From a virus (taxonomy: Duplodnaviria > Caudoviricetes): a stretch of 48,925 bases of DNA. The DNA lies in the IMG/VR virus record IMGVR_UViG_3300037991_004941, positions 1 through 48,925 of that record. One strand, written 5' to 3'. The first letter of the stretch is position 1. Each line of letters starts with the position of its first letter. Shown here one piece after another: positions 39,362 to 46,194 of the stretch. A program made the position numbers and the translations under genes. The notes beneath the pieces were generated by a model. It was given only the letters and a program-made list of their open reading frames with translations. It was not told where the DNA came from and made no database searches.

Positions 39362-42300
39362 TTACTCCGTGATGTCAAAGGGATTTCCGTAGCTTGCTAC
39401 AGTTTGTGCCCAAAGTTGGGCAGATCTAGTCAGATCGTGAAATATCTGTTGAGTGCCGCTAGCAGTCCAGTTAGTACAACCAGGACCCAAAACAGGTGAT
39501 AATGTATATGTATATGTAGTAGTCGCCCCAGTCTCGGGATCAGTCTCTGCAGGAGACGAAGATGGCGCTGTTGGCGCACCAGCACAAGCCACATGACCGC
39601 AACCAGACTCAACAACAAATCCCTTTAGTGTAACCTCTACGGTAGATTTTTGTCTTTCGTCGGGTCTATATTGGGACATGTGATACTTAACCAAGTCAGT
39701 AGCGTGAGGAAGATCACCAAAACGCTCTTGAGTTGTGGAAATTAAGTTTTCCTTATAGATTGCATACTCAGGTATAATCACTTGTTGTAGATTATCTAAT
39801 GCCTGATCAATACTCTTAGTTTGAGAATCGTAGTGTGACTGGTATGCAGTCTGCCAAACTTCGGTCGCACCGATCTTACCAAGTGTTTTTGCTAAGTCAG
39901 CAGGGTCAGTTGGTTTCTTTTCGCGGATTGCTTCTCTAAGAGTGTCAACAACATTCTTACTATACCTAGACTGTGGTAGTTGAATGCGGCGTTGCAACTC
40001 AGGATCCTTCAATTGCTCGGAGGGATCTTGCCTAATAAATTGTTTAAAATCACCACCAACACGATCAACCTGCATCTGATTGACAAAATCTGGGTCTAGT
40101 CCGCCTTTACGCATCGCATCTCGCTGCCTGTCAACGATCTCATCACCCAGTTTCTTCTCAGATCCATCCGCTGCAGTGTATTCAGTATCAGCATCTCTAA
40201 TACTTTGCTCAATAGATCCCGCCCATTGCGGTTTAGATGCCTCTGATCCAGGGATAACTACCGTGGCAATCTCCTTTCTAAGGTCAGGCACGGTAAAAAC
40301 AATGTCATCTCCATTAGAAAGTCCGCGACCAGGATCAACAATTTCGATACCAGTTAGCACTCCATTTGAAAACGTGCCAATAACTTCAGGAATCACGGGA
40401 CGATTGTCCTGGTTTTTGGGGACTTTTACATATTTCCGCACACCATATGTCTGATTAAAGTCTTTGATGTATTCAGGCTCCTCTTCTGATCCCACATTAA
40501 TGAATCCATCAACATGAGATAGAAACTCTGGAGGGTCACTAGGGACCAGATTAGTGCCTAAAAACTCACGAGGAGTTGCATCTGGTCTATTGACGACCGT
40601 TTTTAGCGTCAATGGTTTGTTAACAATGTCAACAACTTGATTGAGTCCCGCACCACCATCAACAATTTGCATGGATACCAACTTACCATTTTCAATTTTT
40701 AGGGTTTGGACCTGTGCATCAGTCTCATAATTGGAGTAATCGAATGGTTGACCAATAGAATTACCATCTTCATCGTAAGATACGGGGTTAAGATTGACAG
40801 GTTGATTCAATGTAACCGTATTTCCGCTCCTAGAAGTGATATATGTGCCAGGACTGAAGAGTGGACCCTTGACAGTATGACCAATTTCAAACTTAGAAGC
40901 GTCAGAAGAGTTGACTACTTCAATCTGATTGCTATCAACATTCATTACTACCCTACAACCATAGTCAAATACGGGTTGTCTGCAAGTGTCAAAGACGTTT
41001 GGCGCAGCAGAATCCCTCAAATGGGTCGTATATTGGAAAGATTTTTGGGTAAATTCGTATAATCCACCATACCATGCACGATTTTTAGCACCAAAACCTG
41101 CTAATGCGGTAATTTGGTGATTTCTACTGGATGTATAACCTTGTCCACCAGTAAATTCAGCGCCAGCTCCGTCCAAATACGCAATATGGTAGTTAAAATT
41201 GTCCAAATCTGTGTGAAACATCCTTGTAATGACGTGACCATTGATCGTATCACCACTTCTGAGGATGTCTCCACCGTTATTTTGCGTTACTTGGATAGGT
41301 CCAGTAGCGGTAATCTTAATATCGACGGTAAATTTAGTAACAGTATTGTCTGCATGGATGTGATCATACTCTAAAGTAAAGACATCATTGACATTATACC
41401 CCTGACCAGGCTCTACTAACTCAAGAATTTCCCATTTTGTGCCAGTAAATGACACTGTAGGAAGCACAGAAAGGTCTTGGACCGCACTAACACGCACTGT
41501 TAAGCGTAATCCTTGTGCAGATCCACTCTCAACATCATTACCTTCGATAACCAAGAATGTATTAAACCCTGCATCACTGCTCTGCCACCCTGTTTGAGTC
41601 GTAATAGTGGGTCCTGCACCAAAATTAGCACTAGACCAAGCAGGTGTATCAATTGCATCGTTACTATAAACGAAGTTAAAGTCCTTTACACCATTAGGAA
41701 GAGTGGTTGAAAACTGATCATAACTAAAAACCAACTTATTGCTAAGTGAATCAATAGCAAATAATGTGGGGAAGGGGCAATCGGGATCTCCAGTCTGGTC
41801 ACCATCAACCTCATCTGCTGTATAATCGATGGTCAGACGGTCCAGGGTGCAACTAAAATCAGTGCAAGGGATACATCTACCCCCACTGTCCGTAGATCCT
41901 GCTGTGCCAAGTCCTGTCTCGGGGTCAGTGCCTGCACTAGTTGACCTATCCTCAGTCTCATACTTATAGCAAGCAGTGCCTACATGACCACCATTACACC
42001 CACTAGTATACAAATAAGAAAACCATGTATCACTAAGCATCAAACCAAATGACAATCCATTCGGCACATAGTCAAAAATAACATAGGTATCACCAATCCC
42101 ACCCGCATCAGCAATAACAACCTTGCCACAGTTTGCTGCAGATTGAGATGAAGCACCAGTAGGAGAAGTATAATTGGATCTACCATACTCTTGAATCACG
42201 GTGCTACCATACATGACAGCATCACGAGGCATATTATCAATGTTTGCCTCACGAATCCTAATCGGTGATACATGACAATCAAACTCTACAGTAACTGCAC

Positions 42301-42421
42301 AAGGATCAACTGGTTTACGAGATTGACAATGGTCGGCAGCACCCCCAGCAAATCCCCAAAGAGGGACATCAAAGATATCGCCATCAGTGTGGCAACCACC
42401 CATTAATTTGATTTCAGCCAT
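39362..42421 (-). CDS. Large hypothetical protein, probably virion structural
   Basis: 1019 aa; beta-rich with PGQGY / IVDGGAG / IVDPGRG motifs like the neighbouring baseplate proteins; Cys-rich ends. Confidence 0.7.
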   Translation of the reverse strand: MAEIKLMGGCHTDGDIFDVPLWGFAGGAADHCQSRKPVDPCAVTVEFDCHVSPIRIREANIDNMPRDAVMYGSTVIQEYGRSNYTSPTGASSQSAANCGKVVIADAGGIGDTYVIFDYVPNGLSFGLMLSDTWFSYLYTSGCNGGHVGTACYKYETEDRSTSAGTDPETGLGTAGSTDSGGRCIPCTDFSCTLDRLTIDYTADEVDGDQTGDPDCPFPTLFAIDSLSNKLVFSYDQFSTTLPNGVKDFNFVYSNDAIDTPAWSSANFGAGPTITTQTGWQSSDAGFNTFLVIEGNDVESGSAQGLRLTVRVSAVQDLSVLPTVSFTGTKWEILELVEPGQGYNVNDVFTLEYDHIHADNTVTKFTVDIKITATGPIQVTQNNGGDILRSGDTINGHVITRMFHTDLDNFNYHIAYLDGAGAEFTGGQGYTSSRNHQITALAGFGAKNRAWYGGLYEFTQKSFQYTTHLRDSAAPNVFDTCRQPVFDYGCRVVMNVDSNQIEVVNSSDASKFEIGHTVKGPLFSPGTYITSRSGNTVTLNQPVNLNPVSYDEDGNSIGQPFDYSNYETDAQVQTLKIENGKLVSMQIVDGGAGLNQVVDIVNKPLTLKTVVNRPDATPREFLGTNLVPSDPPEFLSHVDGFINVGSEEEPEYIKDFNQTYGVRKYVKVPKNQDNRPVIPEVIGTFSNGVLTGIEIVDPGRGLSNGDDIVFTVPDLRKEIATVVIPGSEASKPQWAGSIEQSIRDADTEYTAADGSEKKLGDEIVDRQRDAMRKGGLDPDFVNQMQVDRVGGDFKQFIRQDPSEQLKDPELQRRIQLPQSRYSKNVVDTLREAIREKKPTDPADLAKTLGKIGATEVWQTAYQSHYDSQTKSIDQALDNLQQVIIPEYAIYKENLISTTQERFGDLPHATDLVKYHMSQYRPDERQKSTVEVTLKGFVVESGCGHVACAGAPTAPSSSPAETDPETGATTTYTYTLSPVLGPGCTNWTASGTQQIFHDLTRSAQLWAQTVASYGNPFDITE

Positions 42422-42659
42422 TTACCTTTTCTTCTAATGCGGTTAGTTTATCATAAATCAAATCTAAATTCTCTTTTAGTGACAAGTAATCCTCTACACC
42501 TTTGGGTTTATATAAAATCTTGTCAGGTGTAGGTAGGTTTTGCACATATTCCTCAATACCCTTGATCCTTGATCCAATTGCCTCAACACATTGATTTAAA
42601 GCATCATGAGCCATAGCATTATCATCTGCTAGGATTTGCACATCTCTTTCAATAGTCAT
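42414..42659 (-). CDS. Hypothetical protein
   Basis: 81-aa helical ORF overlapping the start of the next gene. Confidence 0.75.
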   Translation of the reverse strand: MTIERDVQILADDNAMAHDALNQCVEAIGSRIKGIEEYVQNLPTPDKILYKPKGVEDYLSLKENLDLIYDKLTALEEKVNG

Positions 42660-42700
42660 AGAGTGTAAACGCGGTGGTAGGGGTATTCTTGTGGTCGCGG

Positions 42701-42868
42701 TTATGAGTCAACTTTCTTGAGAGTAAAACTCCCAGTGACATCATCAACCTCAAATTCTAATTCGTCTCCAATAGTCCATCCAAGGTCCTCACAGACATCA
42801 TCAGGGATAGGAAGAATTAATTCACCAAATTCATCCTCTTCGATAGTGATTGTGAATCTCTTGGACAT
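42701..42868 (-). CDS. AbrB/MazE/SpoVT-like small protein (55 aa)
   Basis: Translated by hand: MSKRFTITIEEDEFGELILPIPDDVCEDLGWTIGDELEFEVDDVTGSFTLKKVDS; G.L.LPIP.D....LG...GD.L.F pattern; AAGGAGG Shine-Dalgarno upstream. Confidence 0.75.
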   Translation of the reverse strand: MSKRFTITIEEDEFGELILPIPDDVCEDLGWTIGDELEFEVDDVTGSFTLKKVDS

Positions 42869-42878
42869 ACTTGCCTCC

Positions 42879-43097
42879 TTATAACCTATTAATAACTTGT
42901 GGATTGTCTGACGGATGGTCTAACTTCCACTCCTCCCATGTTGCTAAGACATCCTTAGCATCGTTTGTCAGTCCAGCACTGGTGCAATAATCAGCACATT
43001 CATAAATCCGAGGATCTAAAAAACCTTCGTGGCGCAACATCACTTCCAAACACCATACACGGTCGTCTTGACGATCTTGGCGAATTTTCCAATCCAT
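42879..43097 (-). CDS. Hypothetical protein
   Basis: 72-aa ORF in a tightly packed operon. Confidence 0.7.
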   Translation of the reverse strand: MDWKIRQDRQDDRVWCLEVMLRHEGFLDPRIYECADYCTSAGLTNDAKDVLATWEEWKLDHPSDNPQVINRL

Positions 43098-43227
43098 AGT
43101 AAAACCTCAGAGGGTGTTTTTTTGCTGGGAGAATTTTTTTATATAGGCCGTAAAGGGACCCATTCGTTATATATCTGCCTCTCGGGTACCTTTGTAGGTT
43201 AGGGTAGTGGCCGATTTTAATATTTAA

Positions 43228-43249
43228 GGGGGGCGATTTAACTGCCCCC
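43228..43249 (-). terminator. GC hairpin, probable terminator closing the early region
   Basis: GGGGGC...GCCCCC stem about 25 nt downstream of the 107-aa gene; weak U-tract (TTAAATATT). Confidence 0.55.
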
Positions 43250-43274
43250 AGTATAACTTAAGACTGTCAGATTG

Positions 43275-43598
43275 TCAAGAAAAGATATAACCATTGGTGA
43301 AATCTCTCACCACTTTGTTATCCATAATAAACCACTGATAATTCTTCTGAAATACACCATCGGTCACACCATTGCAAAACTCGTTGATAATTGCATTGAG
43401 ACGACTTTTGGTGGTAGTTGTCTGCCAACCGCCATCAAAAATCTCAAGAAAATCTTCTCCGAGCACTGCAATCTTGTTACCGTGAAGACGAACAACTGAG
43501 GTGTTGTTTTCTTCGTTGTATGATACCGAAGTGTTACCAGATTGCCAGGACTTGCTGTTAGCGAGAGCGGCATTCATTTGTGCTTCGATCTTACGCAT
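43275..43598 (-). CDS. Early hypothetical protein
   Basis: 107 aa, MRKIEAQM...VRLHGNKIA...GWQTTTTKSRLNA; has its own early promoter. Confidence 0.85.
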   Translation of the reverse strand: MRKIEAQMNAALANSKSWQSGNTSVSYNEENNTSVVRLHGNKIAVLGEDFLEIFDGGWQTTTTKSRLNAIINEFCNGVTDGVFQKNYQWFIMDNKVVRDFTNGYIFS

Positions 43599-43656
43599 GA
43601 GAGAAGGATTAGAGAGCGTTTATTGTGTGTCGGGGTGCTGTCCCCTCCACTCCTAT

Positions 43657-43711
43657 ACAATACACGATTTGAGGGGCATTGGAAGACCCTCTGTGACACT
43701 CTGTCAACTGG
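43657..43711 (-). promoter_or_regulatory. Early promoter with upstream motif (copy 1)
   Basis: Minus strand CCAGTT-GACAGA-GTGTCAC-30 nt-TATTGT. Confidence 0.75.
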
Positions 43712-43736
43712 TTTGGTCAGCCGCCCTGAGTAACAT

Positions 43737-43934
43737 TTATTCCGTCAATATTTCCTCGTTAATTGTCATATACCATCCGATCGATTTGAGATAATCAAAG
43801 GGAGACATTCTCTGTGTAACAGGATACCTCTCCCCCCGTCCCTCTCTAATACCATCGACAAACAATTCCAGGTCATAGATTGATAGAAACTCTCCGACCT
43901 GTTGTTGTGTGTTATCGTAGATAATGTACTTCAT
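43737..43934 (-). CDS. Early hypothetical protein (65 aa)
   Basis: Start reassigned to MKYIIYD because a consensus promoter lies inside the longer ORF. Confidence 0.7.
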   Translation of the reverse strand: MKYIIYDNTQQQVGEFLSIYDLELFVDGIREGRGERYPVTQRMSPFDYLKSIGWYMTINEEILTE

Positions 43935-43958
43935 GCCCTTATCAACCCTGACAGTGTT

Positions 43959-43987
43959 ATTATATACTATCTCCGAGGATTTGTCAA
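43959..43987 (-). promoter_or_regulatory. Consensus sigma70 promoter
   Basis: TTGACA (43987-43982)-17 nt-TATAAT (43964-43959). Confidence 0.88.
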
Positions 43988-44026
43988 GGGGTTTGTTACA
44001 CATTTGAGATGCTGATTGTTGGGGCA

Positions 44027-44056
44027 TTGACATTCGTTAGGTGACGTGCTAAGACT
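44027..44056 (+). promoter_or_regulatory. Possible divergent sigma70 promoter firing into non-coding DNA
   Basis: TTGACA at 44027-44032, then TGCTAAGACT, giving a non-canonical -10 at 17-18 nt spacing. Confidence 0.45.
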
Positions 44057-44130
44057 ACAATTAGTGGAGATATTTACAGAGAGATAAAACACACACTTAG
44101 ATTTATTTACATATTTAAATCTTTTCCGTG

Positions 44131-44174
44131 TTTTCCACAATGTGTTAGTTTCTTGTGGAAAAGTCTGTGGAAAA
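44131..44174. repeat. Three TTTTCCACA (DnaA-box-like) 9-mers
   Basis: TTTTCCACA at 44131-44139 (+); TGTGGAAAA at 44154-44162 and 44166-44174. Confidence 0.8.
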
Positions 44175-44221
44175 TGATAGAAACTGTTTCTTTGAGAGTA
44201 ATACCAATGTAAGAGAATTGG

Positions 44222-44446
44222 TCATGGAAACTCGTTTGGTAGCGTTTCATCGATTTTAATTAGTTTGTCCCAATAGTGTGCGTAAATGCATAGATTAACT
44301 TGGACATAGTTGCACTTACTATTGCGTCGTAATCTTTCCTCCTTAAGTGATTGTCTAATGCATAGGGTAATGTATTCACTCCCTATGAAATTGATAAAAC
44401 CTTTGTGTTGCTCATACTGGTAAACTTCACCATGCTGAAAGACCAT
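44222..44446 (-). CDS. Hypothetical protein
   Basis: 74-aa ORF, last of a run of small genes. Confidence 0.7.
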   Translation of the reverse strand: MVFQHGEVYQYEQHKGFINFIGSEYITLCIRQSLKEERLRRNSKCNYVQVNLCIYAHYWDKLIKIDETLPNEFP

Positions 44447-44612
44447 TTGATTTGCGATAGAGTTTTCTTTCTAGGATGTAATCGTAGGTATCTGGATCTA
44501 CAATATCGTCCCAATCTCCTTCGTCATTCTTGAAACTGTTTAAGGATTGATTGTAGTTGGGTTTGTAACTCGTTTTGAATGATGATGAGGTTGGATTGAT
44601 AGAGTTTTTCAT
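44427..44612 (-). CDS. Hypothetical protein overlapping the upstream gene
   Basis: MKNSINP...DEGDWDDIVDPDTYDYILERKLY; fills the 44447-44523 gap; A-rich leader before the ATG. Confidence 0.45.
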   Translation of the reverse strand: MKNSINPTSSSFKTSYKPNYNQSLNSFKNDEGDWDDIVDPDTYDYILERKLYRKSNGLSAW

Positions 44613-44730
44613 TGTCTGTTTTTTTGAGATGAATAACAAGATTGTCGATGCATTCTAGGGCGTCCTCTAGATGTTGGCAGTGCTTATCTATTTCCACTAA
44701 TTCACTCCAACTGTAAAGGACAAAATGCAT
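44524..44730 (-). CDS. Hypothetical helical protein
   Basis: 68-aa ORF starting 3 nt after the upstream stop. Confidence 0.6.
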   Translation of the reverse strand: MHFVLYSWSELVEIDKHCQHLEDALECIDNLVIHLKKTDNEKLYQSNLIIIQNELQTQLQSILKQFQE

Positions 44731-44733
44731 AAT

Positions 44734-45006
44734 TTATGACGCATTATTCATAGAGTTATTATAGTCTTCTTTTGTAGTGTTGTCTACATCGGGCAGCAGA
44801 TCTATTAGCGTATCCTCATCATACAAATCAACGATCTCTTCAGTAACATCGTCCCAGGACAATTTCTCATATTCGCGTGTCAACAAATCATAAACCATTT
44901 GCTCCATATCTTTATAGTCGAGACCATCAATAATGTGCATCACATAGTTATCAACCAAACGATCGAGATCTTTTTTGTTGGGGGATTGCTCAGTCATTGT
45001 GATCAT
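44734..45006 (-). CDS. Acidic early hypothetical protein
   Basis: 90 aa, D/E-rich amphipathic helices; start may be at 44997. Confidence 0.75.
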   Translation of the reverse strand: MITMTEQSPNKKDLDRLVDNYVMHIIDGLDYKDMEQMVYDLLTREYEKLSWDDVTEEIVDLYDEDTLIDLLPDVDNTTKEDYNNSMNNAS

Positions 45007-45115
45007 GGGGTTGAATGAATTCAGCAGTTTCGATTAGTTTGTCAGAGATGAATTGTCTAGCGTCTGGTGATTGATAGACCAGCAGCATAATGATAAAAAC
45101 TAAGACTGTTTTCAT
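44990..45115 (-). CDS. Small membrane-anchored protein (41 aa)
   Basis: MKTVLVFIIMLLVYQSPDARQFISDKLIETAEFIQPHDHND; TGATG coupling with the upstream gene. Confidence 0.65.
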   Translation of the reverse strand: MKTVLVFIIMLLVYQSPDARQFISDKLIETAEFIQPHDHND

Positions 45116-45294
45116 CACATTCCATTCATAAACTCGTGAATTGCTTCGTTATACTCTTCTTCGGTATTGTATGTGCGACCGTGAATCGTATAAGGAAAAG
45201 TTTTCTTTTGAAACATCGTAGATGCTGTTTCTACGTCTTTACGATCATATCCCATTTGGACAAGATTTTCGACGTAAGGATTAGTCATTGTCAT
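45115..45294 (-). CDS. Early hypothetical protein (59 aa)
   Basis: MTMTNPYVENLVQMGYDRKDVETASTMFQKKTFPYTIHGRTYNTEEEYNEAIHEFMNGM; A-rich leader. Confidence 0.7.
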   Translation of the reverse strand: MTMTNPYVENLVQMGYDRKDVETASTMFQKKTFPYTIHGRTYNTEEEYNEAIHEFMNGM

Positions 45295-45311
45295 TTGTTT
45301 GTTGTTAATAA

Positions 45312-45551
45312 TCAGTTGATTTGAAAGGCGTTGAGATCGTTACGATTGTCGCATGATTCCCACACATCATAGAAAGAATTCCATGCTGCTTCGTTATCAA
45401 CAAAAGAGTCAATATCGAGCATCTCACATACCCAATCGTATGCCATATCGATGTCGGCATTTGTGTCATCAACGAAGGCAATCATTTGCCCCATGATGTC
45501 ATCCCAGGTGGATTGCATTTCGGGTGAGATTGTGAAGATTGGAGTGGACAT
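45312..45551 (-). CDS. Very acidic early protein
   Basis: 79 aa, rich in D and W, almost no basic residues; directly downstream of an early promoter. Confidence 0.8.
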   Translation of the reverse strand: MSTPIFTISPEMQSTWDDIMGQMIAFVDDTNADIDMAYDWVCEMLDIDSFVDNEAAWNSFYDVWESCDNRNDLNAFQIN

Positions 45552-45578
45552 GTTTTGTGCTTTTTTGATCTTGATAGT

Positions 45579-45634
45579 ATTGTTGCAAATTTTGGGGGCA
45601 ATTACAAGCGGTCTTGTGCCACCTTGCCAACTGG
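45579..45634 (-). promoter_or_regulatory. Early promoter with upstream motif (copy 2)
   Basis: CCAGTT-GGCAAG-GTGGCAC, then TTGTAA-17 nt-(TGC)AACAAT. Confidence 0.7.
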
Positions 45635-45639
45635 TTTTT

Positions 45640-45768
45640 TCAGCGTAGCGCGTTGCCTGCCATGGTGATAACGTTGCCTGTCGCTGCTACAGCGGTGCCA
45701 GTGATCACACGCACGGGAGGAACGAAGATGACGCCAGCAACGAAAGCAACGAGAAGGAAATTTTTCAT
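45640..45768 (-). CDS. Small hydrophobic protein (42 aa)
   Basis: MKNFLLVAFVAGVIFVPPVRVITGTAVAATGNVITMAGNALR; sits alone between two early promoters. Confidence 0.65.
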   Translation of the reverse strand: MKNFLLVAFVAGVIFVPPVRVITGTAVAATGNVITMAGNALR

Positions 45769-45827
45769 GGGATGGGGTGAAATTTTGTGGAGTGGGAGCG
45801 AGGTCGCTTCCCCCCTCCGTTGCTCTT

Positions 45828-45882
45828 ATTGTAGGGCATCAGGGAGACCCCACAACGCCCACTGTGACACCTTGCTGACTGG
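45828..45882 (-). promoter_or_regulatory. Early promoter with upstream motif (copy 3)
   Basis: CCAGTC-AGCAAG-GTGTCAC-30 nt-TACAAT. Confidence 0.75.
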
Positions 45883-45884
45883 TT

Positions 45885-46178
45885 TTATTGTTTACAACAA
45901 CCCGCACCCTGGAAAGTTGTATTCATTGCCTCATGTATTTCTCTCATATATCCCTCATTATTCCACAAATGTTGTCTCTTTTCTCCTGTCGGTTCGTATA
46001 ACGTGCCCAACCAATATGCCATCATATCTAACTGTGGCGGGTTATGATTTGCCAGCATGTCAAACGTTTCCTGAATCAATTTGTCCCAATCAGGTTTATC
46101 GGGTTTTGCTTCATTCTCCCAAAAGTCTTGCCAATCCTCTGGTGAGTTGGTTACATCGTCTGCCATTTGTTTGTCCAT
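45885..46178 (-). CDS. Hypothetical protein (97 aa)
   Basis: Start reassigned to MDKQMADDV, downstream of the helicase stop. Confidence 0.65.
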   Translation of the reverse strand: MDKQMADDVTNSPEDWQDFWENEAKPDKPDWDKLIQETFDMLANHNPPQLDMMAYWLGTLYEPTGEKRQHLWNNEGYMREIHEAMNTTFQGAGCCKQ

Positions 46179-46194
46179 AATGTGTAATAATTTA

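Noticed and set aside
1854-41710. Many 60-225-aa alternative-frame and plus-strand ORFs inside the structural genes
   Set aside because: They are shadow ORFs of long, codon-biased genes with no recognisable motifs.
43098-44221. tRNA genes in the non-coding gaps
   Set aside because: No cloverleaf or T-loop GTTCRA motif is present.
45614-46180. 188-aa plus-strand ORF
   Set aside because: It crosses two minus-strand genes and promoters and has an atypical composition.
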